64,000 nt of DNA from Lepidodermella squamata. Lineage: Eukaryota > Animalia > Gastrotricha. Below are positions 24,900-37,690 of this stretch, piece by piece. Below the pieces are notes generated by a model. It saw only the letters and a program-made list of their open reading frames with translations, did no database searches and had not been told where the DNA came from. The stretch lies in NCBI GenBank assembly GCA_047495785.1, contig JBLDXI010000015.1, positions 2,666,001-2,730,000 of the forward strand, read 5' to 3'. Numbering within the stretch: position 1 is the first letter of the stretch; each line of letters begins with the position of its first letter. Made by a program: the position numbers and the translations under genes.

Positions 24900-26257
24900 T
24901 TATGAATGTATTTCATGCCCATCCTCTTGTAAATCAGGTCTCGATCGGCTATTGCTGTTGCCGCTGCTGCGGCGGCGGTACGTGAACGGAAACAGGTCGG
25001 TTTTGATTTTGCTTTTATTGCCATCCTTTCCGGTTGCCTGTTGGCCGCCGCTGCTGTTAGCCTGCTTCTTGCGATTAAGCAGAAACGCGTTCACGGCGTA
25101 GTACCACGGCACTTTTTCCGGCGGCGCGGCTGCTTCCTGAAGCGTAGCCGCGTCCATCTGCTCGAGAATCGACGTTATCGATGCGTTGCGGGGCAGTTTC
25201 GAATCGAAAAGTATGCCGCGGTAAATTTGCGCCGTCATAAATCGAAACAACTTTGCCCACGCTGAAGCAAAAAAAAAATAAACAAAAAATCTGGTAAAAT
25301 TTTATTTTAATTGGTACCATACCTATTTCAACCTGCTCAGTCCAGTGTATTCGAATTTCCTTCTTCCACACCGACAGAAGAGCCTGAAAAAAATTTGAAA
25401 ATTCAAAATTTAACTTAAAAACTTTGGCCAGATGCCAAGGAATTATTTAAAAAACATACACTTGTAATGTGAGTATCAGCCGTTTGATTAAAAAATTCAG
25501 GCTGGAGAAAAAATTTAAAAAAAAAATTAAAAAAAGCTGAGAATTCCCGGGCTTACAGTTAGTCCGTGTTCTCGGCCATGAGCTTGTCCAAGCTATTAAA
25601 AGAAAAATTCTAAAAAAAATAGAAATAATCATCTGAAATTACCGAGTATAAGAGTAAAGCCATTTTCATCGGCCCACGTTGAAGTTCGAGTTCTTTTGAA
25701 CTATTCTCATCAGCCGTCGAGGCCGTTTCATTGGTCAGATAAACGATTTCTTCCACAATGGCGCCAACACTTTGAATGATTCGACTCGCATGCTCTATTA
25801 AAAACTTTAATTTTCCCAAAAATTATTGAAAAAATGAAAATTACGGCGGTATAACGGTAATTTGTGCAGGCGATCTTGCGGCAGATTTCTAAACGGAAAC
25901 ATAGCCTTGATTTCGGGACATTCCATCATGCGATCCAGGACGCATAGCCCAACTGCTGTGTGATCGGCACTGATCATGTTCCAGGTCGCTGCGACCATGC
26001 GACACTCGCTCAGCGTCAAATCAGGCTTCATATTCTACCTCAAAAAATTATTAAAAAAAAATTAAAAGTTAAGAAAAATTGCTTACGTCAATAGCGAATG
26101 ATTTGCTTTTCGCTCGTTGTAGAGCTGCCTTGTTATTGTAATCTTCTTTGCCTTCAACTGTAGCTAGAATCGCCCCGGCACTAACAGCAGGGTGGACAAC
26201 ATTCGGCCCGTGGCCATCGGGGTTCAAAACGTATGCCTTTTGACATCCGTTGCCCAT
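24900..26257 (-). CDS. Globin with N-terminal MGNGC acylation motif (~7 exons)
   Basis: A-helix W, CPEIKAMFPF (CD1 Phe), distal EHA, proximal QAHG, AWAKLF H helix. Confidence 0.85.
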
Positions 26258-26388
26258 ATCGAGGAGTAAAAATGCAGGTTTATTTGTGTCTGAAAATGTG
26301 GCGAGTTTATCAACTTCAAAACACACTCGAATCGATTAGAATTAAGACAAATTTTCACATGATGAAGCCATATAATTTATTATATTTT

Positions 26389-27272
26389 TCAAGGTTTTTT
26401 ACGCAGCGATCTTTGAGCCTGTTTCCTGCCCATCAATGCAGCGGTCACGGTTGAATAAATGCCCGCAACTGGTTTGCTACTCAGAACCGAGCTGATTTTG
26501 CGTTTGTTCCTTGTCAATTCCGAGTCGAAGACGAGGCCACGGTAAATCTGATTAGCCATAAATCGGAACAATTTAGCCCACGCCAATTCGACAACAGGGT
26601 TCCACAGCTCGCCGAGATCTTCGCGCCAAACGGTCATCAGAGCGTGAACTACGTGGGTGTGAGTGATTTTTAGGAAAAATTCCGGCGTCATGCCGTGAAT
26701 TCGGCCGTGAGCTTGCCCGATTGAATACAAAAGAAGGCCGATTTTCATAGGACCTCTAAAATCTCGTTGTGAATCTGTACTGCAAGCTGACGGTCGACCA
26801 ATATCCATATACCTAGAAAAAAAATTAAAATTAAATTGAATTTGTGAAAAATTTTGAAAATTTTTGAATATTATTTGAATTTTATTTGAAAAATTTCAAC
26901 TCACTCAAGCTCGTCTACAACAGCCGCGACGCATTCAACGACGCGTGTCGAGTGGTCACGGTAGAGTGGGACTTTGTACAGGCAGCTATTCGGGACATTT
27001 TTGAACGGAAAAATCGCTTTAATTTCCGGCGATCGCATGATCAGGTCGAAAATTCGCAGTCCCTTCGAGTTATGTTCATGATTAATCGCTTGCCAACTCG
27101 AGACAATAATTTTACGCTCGTGAGTCGACAAATCTGGTCTCATCATCTGAAAATCTCGAAATATTAAAATTTTGAAATTTGAAATTTCAAAGCCACTCAC
27201 ATCCATGCTATTATGAACCAGAATCGAAGAGGACGAGCTCGAATTTTTTAAAGCTGTGCAACCATTGCCCAT
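26389..27272 (-). CDS. Globin with N-terminal MGNGC motif (exons 27272-27201, 27146-26905, 26812-26389)
   Basis: SSW, SPEIKAIFPF, DHS (E7 His), QAHG (F8 His), AWAKLF. Confidence 0.88.
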
Positions 27273-29645
27273 GATTGAGATATAACTTCGGCATACAAAT
27301 TTGACTGAAATAAAATCAATTTTCTCATTTAAATTGCGGCTTTATAACTGCCGGCTCATGCTGTTGATGAGTGATAGTTCACGTGTTGATACACCCGCGC
27401 GGCATTTTTTTGCGTTTCACCCGCATCGAAGACCCGCATCGCCCGCAATGGCGCACTTCAATTCGCACTCACAGCGTCGATAATCCACCGCGCCCATCTA
27501 ATAAACAGTCAATTAATTTTTGCGGGCGAACAAGATGATGACAACCGCCGCTGAATTTTGTCAATTGAATAGCCTCAAGTTCCGGTGATGCGAGGGCGAA
27601 GCCGGTTCCTAGGGCTATGCATTTTTTTGGGAATCACGTGTTAACAGCGGAAAACATGGAAATTTTCGAACATTCCTATACTATACTGCGTCAGTTCAAC
27701 AAAGAATCGGAAAAATTTCACTCCCTCGTTTACGACTCTTTTGTTGATTCATGTTATTTATTTTTCAAGGTTAACTGCTGAAAAAATAACCGTTTGTAGG
27801 ATTTCTGAGTGATTTTAAACGATTTGTACAGCCAATTTAATCCAGAACGATATTTTGAAAATAATGTATCCCAGAAGTCGCTCAAAAGCTTGGTCAAAAT
27901 AAGGTTTGAAAGGCAATCAAATAATTACCATCAATCAATATCTGGTGTAGAAACTGCCAGTGGCTTCTGTTTATCGTTCTAGTAATTTTGTTTTTCCTCA
28001 ACATCAGTTCATATCTTTTGGAAAGAGTTCCAGATTTCGACCAATTCAATCCGGTTATATCTGATTGCTAATTGATTGATTGATAAATTAAAATTGTTAC
28101 CATTGCCGCCGATCAAGGAAACGCATGATAATTCATTGTTGTAGCGTGGTCTCATTTCGGACAAAAACATGCTTCTCAAGATTAATGAATTTTAGAACGC
28201 ACTTGGCACCTTGGGCCTCTGAACCCCTGTTCGGTTTTCACGTTTTGGTGACATAAATAAGAAGGCTATTTTTTTATTTCGAACGGTAATTTATGCCTAG
28301 GGGGGTTTAGGGTATAAATTCATATTCAAAGCTAAAAATGTCCGGAATGAGATCACGTTATACAGTGCTGAAAATAACAAAGCCAATTCTCTCGCCGGAT
28401 GCGCCGGATATTGCATTCTTTTGAAGTTGAATATTTTTTAGCTGCGGGAATATTCAATCGATTTTTTGGCAGCACCTATAGAGGGGTACGCGCAATTCCC
28501 GGCAATGTGTATATAAACACTGGTCACGCATTGAAAATATGGTCTTGCTGGATAGCAATGGTAGGCGCGGCCATGAATAATGAATGGATGGGACGCTCGT
28601 CTTTCATTCATGCCGAATGGCGTAAATAATACCAAGTGCCAGGTTTTTCAGCCTACTGCAGTCAAACCCCATGGCGAAAATACGAGCGCGCGGTATACTC
28701 GCCACAATTTTCTCCTTTAAAACGTAGCTTTTTCAAAATTGGAAAAGTATTTTGTTCAACGTGCATTTTTTCAACACCAATCTCTTCTCTAATCGCGAAA
28801 TTTTGATTCGTTCATTTTTACGAAATTTTTATATCATTTTTACGAAATGAACCGATATAGGCATGAAATACTCTCGTCGTTGACTAACCCGTTTTAAGCC
28901 TGCTTACGCCATTTTTATGGCAATAGGTGATAGATAAAAAAGTCGCATAAAAACAACGAAAAGCATATAACGAGTTATTCAGCGACATAGTCACCATTAG
29001 CTGTGTTTGCTTTTTTTTACGACACGCGGCTTGACCCAGACTCGACCAGGGCAGTCAACTAGAGAACTCAAGCACTTCAACTCAGGCGTAAAATCGCGAA
29101 AAATATGTTTTAGGTGCCAAAATATATTTGCTGTCGAGCGAAGAGCTTGCTGTTGGGCGAAAAATGGTTTTTTTTGCTATCAATAAAAAGGTTGACCTTA
29201 AAATTTATGTACAGCTTAATTAACCCTTGAATAGCTTGATTAGCAGCGTAACTATCTCATTATCGCATCTCCGTTATCTGGGTTTAAGCTCACTCAGAAA
29301 TTTTAGATTGGGTAAAAGGTAGACAGAACAATCTTATCGCTAAACAAGCTCAAATATCGAATTGATACGTTTTTTTTGTTCATGATAAAGCTTGTTGTTC
29401 CCTCGGTAAAGCTATCGCGAAAATAAACCGAGATTATTTGTTATTAGTAAAAAGTTGCGAAAATATTACATTATATAAAAATCCACCTTAAAAAACGTCA
29501 TTTTATTCAATTATCTGAATTTATTTCGCTACCTTTTATTTTTTTGATTCACCCTATTCTTCTGATTTAATTTCCACTTTTCATGCATTTTAGGATGACA
29601 GAGTAAATTAGTTAACTGAATTGCACAGCGGAATGGTTAAATTTC

Positions 29646-32600
29646 ATGAATTTCACTAGAATTTTTCGGTGCTGTCGCCATTTTCCTTACCTGCGTTTCA
29701 TCCTAACCGTGTCTGTTCTATGCAATCTATGGGCACTTTACGCATTTCTTCGTCCGAACCGAAAATTCAACCTGATTTTAAGCGGTAAACCGCCTAATGG
29801 TTCACCTCGAAATTCTACCTCAATCGCCTGGCTAGATAATCTCATCGATGCAAGCCCTGCAGGGTCGTTGCAGGTCTATCTGCCAGAAAATCGCGCCTTC
29901 ACGCTGCCGCCAGATGAAAAATGTCAACTAGTCACAGGAAAACGAATCGTGGCGACCTACGCCTCACACGGCCGTTACGTCGCAAGTGCCCAAATTCAGT
30001 GCCAAAATGCTGTGGCAATTCGTGGCATCGATGCTTGTCTCGTGGTAATGCCGAAATTTATGGATGAGGCGTTTTACAAGCGGAATATCGCGAAAATACT
30101 GTCTATCGAACGAGGTGCTGGGCTTTGGTTGTGGAAGCCTTATGTTATTTTGAAAATTATGCTCGAAATGACCAAGGATGATGTTTTGCTCTATATGGAT
30201 GCTGATAAATACCTGGTATACAACCTCGAGGAATATGTCTGTCTACAGGTGAATTTTCATTTATTATTTATTAGCTAAATTAGATACTCTAAATTGAGGC
30301 TTCAACTTTAGATTTTCCCAGTATATAGGTTTTTTGAAATTATAGTTCTTTATTTATTAATTTTTTAACTGATAGAGGGCGTTCCTGATCTAGCAACTTA
30401 TTTCACCCAACCGTGCACTCGCTCAATTTCTTCGCCCAATTTCCCATCCGCCCAGCCAATTCACTTACCACTACAATTTAAATTTCACACACACATACAA
30501 GACGCACCTTAATCTTCGTAGCCCCAGGGGACGGTGGTGATATTCTATTTTCCGATACTATTGATTGCGGCTCCAATCCAGGTAAACTAAGGAGCGAGGT
30601 TCCGGCGAAGCGACGGGTGCGCTGATAGGGCCATTTGACGCCGCGAAAGAGTGCGTTATGAAAGCAAGCTGAGCCGGACGGCTTCTCGGTCAACAGTTTA
30701 TTCTTCGGCGGCCTACCGTGTTTACTACCGCGTTCTACCACTTCATACTATCTGTTTGCATAGCGGCGGTACAGTTACAATGAGTAGCAATTAAACGCGC
30801 GGAAATATTAAGGTGGGTTAATAAGGTATGGCTTTTTTAATGGCCGCAATGTTTTTTGTCACATTAAAAAGGTGGGCAATAAAAATCACTTTTGGCAAAT
30901 TTTTTTTTGCAATCTTTGCGAACCTAGCTTATATTTCATTTCAACAGTAAGCAATTTTTCAACCGATATTAATCTGATGAACACCAACATCAGCAACATC
31001 AACAAGAAAATAAACAGTTCATCGCGTGCGCGTGCAAACAATTTCTAATTTAATTTAATAAGTAGGTTGGGCGAATTGAAAGTTGGGCGATTAAGCTGAA
31101 CGAGTGCGCGGTTGGGTGAATCATGTTGAACGGGAATCACCCAACTGAGAGTACGAGGTAGGTTACCGTAAATTGGGGCAAAATGGCCGCGGGAAAAAAA
31201 TGACCCCTTGTTTTTTTCGCATTTTTACACGTTTCAAAGGGTCCTGATTCCGATTTTATAGGAAGCTCATTTTGCCCCAGGTTTGGGGCAAATTGGACAG
31301 GTGTTTTGGGGCTAATTGGCCATCCTTATCCTTATAATGGGTTTTTAATATTTGATGATTGTGAGGGTTGAATGGTCGAGTGGTAGTAATCTGCAGTATA
31401 TGCGTGTCTGAGTCATATGGATGGCGATGGTTCGAGTCCTGCGGCGGCGGCATTTTTTTTACTCTGCTAAATTTTTTTGTAATTTATTATTATTTATGGA
31501 TCTTTTATCAGCATTTTGTCGATGTAATGTCAGTCATTTCCGCTCCCGTGACTGTATCGCTCGATGAAGACATGATTTATATTTGATCCTTTTGTATTGA
31601 ATATTGAAATATTAAGATTTTAACAAACTTTTCGTAAGATCTTTATTATTACTCTTCAACTGCCAACAAACGAGAGAAAAATATATGAATTGCCAACAAT
31701 TAGGCCAACAAGAATTGCATAGGAGTAGATATCACATGTTTTCAATGGAATCTGATCGTAGTTATCACAAGCCGTGTAAATCAGCTAGAAAGACGACGGA
31801 GATTTCATGAAGGTCGATATCGATGCAGAACGCCATCGATAACATTGACGCGAAAATTAGGCGGAGGTCCCTTGAACGGCAACCCTCGCTGAATCACAGA
31901 ATAATAATGATCGGAACCATTATAGGCTAGGTGAAGCTGACGATCCGTAGTTAGGCGGCTACCAAACGCCGGAAATACGCAAGAGGACGAATAGTTGTGA
32001 ACTATTACGTCGACTTGATATAATCGAGCGAAGGCGACCAAAGTGTCGTTGTCGCCCCATGTTTCGGCATTACTGGCATCAAAGCCATTGGACAGGGATA
32101 GAACTGCAAATTAAAGAAGAAATAGCCATATTAAGATCATTTTGTAACCCAAGTTTAGGAGGCTTCTTACCTCTTTCAGTTAAAGTGGCTAATTTATCTT
32201 CTTCCACGCCGGTTAAGACATCGATGAATAATAGCGGATTGTCCAAAATATACGACACAACATTTGACAATATCTCGTCAGTCTGTTCAAAGTTGCCTCG
32301 CAGCTGATGATTGAGGGCGTGAAATTGGCACCCACTGTAATGACATTTAAAATTATTACTGAAAAATTACATTATGATCGGCGTTTACCCGTCAGCCGGA
32401 ACGTTGACGAGAATCAAATCAAATGGTCTGAGGCGCTTTTTCAACAGCGTCAATCGTTTATCAGCGCCGGGCACTAACTTCACTTTTGGACCGGGTTTCT
32501 TCTTTGATGGGCGGCCGCGAGATTTCGACGGGGTGGCGGAAGATTTGATGGGTAATTCGTCAACAATTAAATTGGATTCGTTGTTATTTTCGTCGTCGAT

Positions 32601-35600
32601 TTCTGGCAGCTCTGATGTTACCGATGGCGGCTGAACGATATCTTCAATTGTCGAGGACGCTTTTCGTTTACGCTTTCGACTAGCTTTACGCGAAACAATG
32701 GTAACGTTGTCATCGTCGTCTAATTCAATTGTTGACGAGCGACGATTCCTTTCTGTCTCTTTGCGCTCCCTGATTTTAGCCAGATCCTCGACGGATATGC
32801 TCGTTCCAGGCTCCAAGCGGTGCTGACAATCCTTTTTCTTCTTTGTCACAACGCTTTTCTTCATATTTTCCTGCAGAAGTTTCAATATCGATTGACCGAT
32901 ATCAGTTTCCATCAGCTCTACTTTCGACTTTGGCATGTCATACGTCATCGTGATAGCGACCTTGCCATTAGAAGCATCAACCTTGACCTCCGGTAACAAC
33001 ACGGCGACATTTTCTAGGCCTTTATCCGCTTCAGGAATAATTGAATCTTCAAGTGCCTTGACCGGCAGGCGTGACAATCCTCGCTCCATGTCTACTGGCC
33101 AGATTCCGCAAGCTTCAAAACCGGCGATAATGTTGTGCAACTTGCTGCATGCCATGTTCCTTGTTCGTTTTCCCGCGGTTTTGACGCAGGTTATTTCATC
33201 GATGAGCTTCGTAAGCAGCGCCGGAAATGCTGATTTAGGTAAAGTCGTTTGATCGCGATGTGATTCCTTCCATTTTCGAAGGATCTTACGCCAGGCCTTT
33301 TTTAGTGGCCCAAAAAACGCCACATCGAGAGGCTGGCAGACGGAGGTTGCGTTAGGTGGAAGCAGTACGAATGAAATATCATGCTTCTCGCATAACTCGA
33401 GCACTTTGAATGACAAATGACTCGTCAAGTTATCGCCTATGACACACTTTTTGCCTTGGCCTTTCTTTAGATACGGAACGGCAATATTTACGAACCAGTC
33501 TTCAAATGTCGCCATTTCAAACCAGCCGCTTTTCGATATAGAAAATCTAGTCTTTGCCGGAGCTCCGTCGACCCAACTCTCTCGTAGCATTTTCTTAGAG
33601 CGGTAGCAAACGTAGGTAGGCAACATTGTACCGTCAGCGGCACCGCAAAACATAAGAGAAATGCTGGCTTTCGTTGAATTTAAGATACGTCCTGGACGTT
33701 TGGACTTGCGGCGAAAGACGAATTTCTTGCGTTTTCCTGGATCGTCAGTGACGTTAGTTTCATCATAGTTCACTATGAACCTAGGGTCCGCATTCTTCAG
33801 AGTTTGGCGAAGATTGGTATAAAAGACACTGAGTTTCTCTCTTGACAGTTCGGCCTTGGCTGTAGAAATATTTTGCCCAAACTTCTCGCCAATCTCCTTG
33901 TTATGGCGTTCCAGAAACCCGTAGTACCAGTCGACCCCTGGCAAATTGTCTTTAAAACGCACGACTCTTAATCCTTTACCGTCAAGATAAGATTTGACCA
34001 GCAAGCGGACGCCTTCGCCATCGAGAGGGAACCCGAAATCGGCTAGCATGCCTAAATATTTCATAACGGTACGTTCCACTTCATTAGAAAGTGCACACGG
34101 ACGACCCGATCCGACGAGTTCTGATTTCTTTGCTAAACGCTTCAAAGTGGAGCGGGGAAGTTTCATTTGGCCAGCAACTAGTGTAGCCGACTCACCATCT
34201 TGTACGCGCTTGATAGCAATTCGGAGGTCTTCATCGGTGTAGTTCCGGTAGCAGCGGCCACGCTTGGGGTTATACTTTCTAACCATCTAAATCTAAAGAC
34301 AGTAATAAGAATTGAATGCCACACGCCACCGGGGTTTAACATTAAAGATTGTAGATTGAGGAGATTCTCTTTCTCTTCTTTTGATCTGCTCAGCTTCAAC
34401 GTCGTCTTCAATTGACAATAACTTTGAGGTTGGCAACAACGCCGGTTCCATGGCCAGGGTTGTAACGTTGACCATCGACAATTGCGACCAGCCGATGTCC
34501 TGTGGCCCATAACGAATACAGTAACTGTGTTTGATTTTTTTTTACATGCCCGAGACAAGCGCGGTCTGAGCTGCGAATTACCTAACAAAATCCTACAGTT
34601 AGATAACAATGAGCCAATGTAAAGCGGACATGTATCACCTTGATAGCATTGCTGTCGTGGACGTTTGAAGGCTCACAGACGAATTCACAGATATCACCCG
34701 GAAAGCATTTCGCGTTATCAGCAATATGTTGACCAACAAGTAAAACAAAAATCATATCTGAAGGAACCTCGGTCTTAATCATTTTAGATCAGGACTTGAT
34801 CAGCGCAATCAAATTCTCCTGTTAAACAAATGAAATCAGGTGTGTAACCTATAACAAATACCAAAATATGAGCGTCACTCAAATACGTTCGAAACAAGGA
34901 GGGAATAACGGTACAATCAATGTTTTATTTATAATATTAAGACCAGGGCGTTGTGCGGCACGCAGCACACGCTTCGCAAGTCGATCTATTGAAGCGCGTC
35001 TCGCTCTTACGCTAACGTACGCACATTTCTTTATAGCGCCCAACTAATAGTTCAAGAGCAAATAATTATTGATAATTATTAAATGTTAATAATGTTTGGT
35101 TAACAAAACATTAGTTTTAATAATTTACTATAAATTACAAATGCTTTGATGTTAAATTGCCGCAGTATGGGCTCAAATTGCCCCCGTGTTTGAATTTTGC
35201 ATGGGGTAATTTGGCCACGATTACCTGGTCATACCTGTACCATCGCCCCGAGTCGTGCTTTTTTTTCCCGTAATCACAGAAGGCAACGACAGTCGGAAAA
35301 AATAACCTCTGTAGCCCTAGTCTTCGCGTTGGCTCCAGCTAATTCAATTAAAAGGGGTCATTTTTACCTGCCAAAACTCACCTCTGTGCAACAACATGCC
35401 GTGACCTCATTTCGGGACATACCTGGCTGAAAATTAGCAGGCTTGTAAAAGGCTTGTTGATAATTGTCCCCGTAAATTTTTGTAAAGTATTACCTTGTAG
35501 TTGTTGAGCTATCGATAAAAATGTGAAAACCTCAATTTTTGGCCAATTAGCCCCAAAGGTTCATTTTGCCCCAAATGACGGTATATAATATGGGCTCGTC

Positions 35601-36397
35601 GTTATCGATGATGAATATACAAATCGTAAAAAAATTGAGCATGTAACCTCAATTTTTCTTCGAGGAATTGCCGCAATTTTTGAAGTGCGTGTCCCATAAA
35701 TTACTCACTCATGTTGCGTGTCCCATTTAATTTGCGCTACCATTTTCTGAATTTTTCAACTTTTTGCGAATTTTCAAAAAAGTGTATCAGTGTTTTTGCG
35801 AATTTTCATGAATTTTTTTGTTTTCGCTTTTTCTTTAATTTTTGATTATTTAATTTGGATTTTTAATTTCTCTAGGAGCAGCTCAAACAAGACGTTGTAG
35901 TGTTTTACCAAGAATTCAGCGAGCTATCATGGACGAAGGCTGATGCCTATCTGCTGATGAATGTTGAGCATTTGCTGCCCAAGATCGCCACTACAATGCA
36001 GGTGTACGCGAGTTATCTGATGCTGCGAAAGTCTTTCGATTCAATCAGATTCGTCTCTGAATGGTTGACGTATGCTCAAGATGAACGCATCATGAATGAT
36101 GAGCCGAGCAGGTTCAGGCCAGATCTGCCGACTTTCAATCCCGTGAATAACCGGCATGACCAAACTGTGTTGAGTTTGCTGTCGAAGAAATGGAACCTAA
36201 CGGATTGGCCGAGCCCTGAGTGGAATGATGTCGCGCGGTCGCAGAATGGCAGCGATGTCGATGGCATTACAGCTGTCAGCAGCTTCAATCCTTTGAACGT
36301 TGCTGAGCTGAAAAAACTTGGCCTTGTGATACCGACTCGTAAAATCATCAAAAAGGATATAACCGTGAACCTTGGCATTATTGAACTTCCTGTATAA
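29646..36397 (+). CDS. Type II membrane DxD glycosyltransferase-like protein (exons 29646-30248, 35876-36397; 5.6 kb TE-filled intron)
   Basis: N-terminal TM; RGAGLWLWKPYVI, LYMDAD, WTKAD and RHDQTVLSLL motifs; CAG/GT and TAG/G phase-0 junction. Confidence 0.75.
30377..31142. mobile_element. MULE-like MITE
   Basis: Imperfect long TIRs (TTCACCCAACCG motif); 9 bp flanks AACTGATAG / AACTGAGAG. Confidence 0.6.
31365..31460 (+). ncRNA. tRNA-like Pol III cassette inside the pogo element
   Basis: A box TGGTCGAGTGG, B box GGTTCGAGTCC, T8 terminator; no valid cloverleaf. Confidence 0.5.
31805..34286 (-). CDS. pogo transposase (psq HTH, CENP-B HTH, DDE_1) spliced to a C-terminal OTU deubiquitinase domain (exons 34286-32389, 32334-32171, 32103-31805)
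   Basis: NYDET, GDNLTSH and QPLDV with DD35D spacing; spliced product continues VPADGGCQFHAL ... WGDNDTLVAFARLYQVDVIV ... HLAYNGSDHYYSV. Confidence 0.88.
34408..34782 (-). CDS. Stand-alone HIRAN-domain protein encoded by the pogo element (exons 34782-34639, 34581-34408)
   Basis: Spliced ORF of ~105 aa with EPSNVHDSNAIKV..RACLGHVKK, matching the HIRAN consensus EPxNxxDxNAIxV...xGHV. Confidence 0.8.
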
Positions 36398-37690
36398 AAT
36401 GCATCACTTGAGTTTCTTAGTTTTGATACAGTTGAGCGCAATTGAATAAAACAGAATTTTAAACTCTGAATCTTACTTTTTTTCTGGCTATAATAGCTCC
36501 TTATTACAAAGCCTAATCTAAAAATGTAATAGGATCGAAAATGAACGACTCCCCAACAACTTAATTTTATAATCAAGTTCTGAGCTTGAAATTTTAGTCG
36601 CCCGGTAAAAATTACGGTATTAAATTAAAATCGACATTTTTGCGCCCATCTGCGTTTCAAATATTCAAGCAAAACACCCCAAAAGCAAAACGAATTGCGT
36701 GGCGGATGAAATACGCGCGCATTTTCGAAATGAGCAGTTTTCACTACTGTGAAATTTTGAAGTCCAATACATATCAGTGATGAACTGGAAAACTAAAGAA
36801 ATTCGCCGAAAATTCGGCCCCTTTCACTTGTAAACGGTCATTTGTAGTTTTCTTGTTGATAATGAGCAAAAGGTGATCTCAAAACAACACAGTTTTACTA
36901 TTTAGCCCTTCCTTATATTACGGCAAGCTTTGAAACGCGCCACGCGCTGTCATACACGCTATCGCGAAATTTTGGTGAAAAACAATTAACAGCGCGTTTA
37001 TCTTGATTCGGATATTATTGCTCGAAAATATTACTCTCATAACAAGTTGCATATCATCAAGGCGGATAGCAAGCGGGACCTCCGCCCTCGCCTCCGCCAT
37101 GATAATAACAGTAGCGCGCCACGCACCACCACAGCGGAAACAATTGGGACTAGTCTGAAAGAATACCATTTCCATTTAAAGTTGTTTACAAATATGACAT
37201 TATCAGTGAGATAAGATTTTCGAGGCCCGCTTTGTGCGCCCGCGGTAAAGCCGCCAGTAATAAGTATGTTAAACTACCTAACTTGTAAATCCTCAAACGG
37301 AAACCTCAGATCCTCAATCGGCCTTCAAACTATTATAAAAGCCGACGCGTTTTCTCAAAACCCGACTTTCCAGCAGAGGTCTGTCCATTTGCCAGGAATA
37401 TCTCTTAGTTCCTAGTGTTAGCACGAGCAGTTATTCTTGCTTTTGTGACTTTTATTTGTTCAATTACAAATTTAAAAATTAATCTCTAATTTTAATTTGT
37501 TTAACAATTTTTCTCATATACTGAAATCATTGCGAAGAGAAGTACGTCTTTTCTCTATGGCTTTAATAAGTTGGTGTACAATTTGTTACTTGTTCCTAAT
37601 TAGCCATTAGTCATCAGCTAATGCTAGGCTGGTTAATTGCTGTATTCCGAATGGGAATCCGCCATCCTCTCTCTCTTTGACGGTAACCAC

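Larger units (their letters stand above)
31166..35581 (-). mobile_element. Full-length pogo (Tc1/mariner superfamily, DD35D) DNA transposon
   Basis: TIRs CCGTAAATTGGGGCAAAATG / CATTTTGCCCCAAATGACGG, TA TSD, internal TTGCCCC repeats, uninterrupted transposase ORF. Confidence 0.93.
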
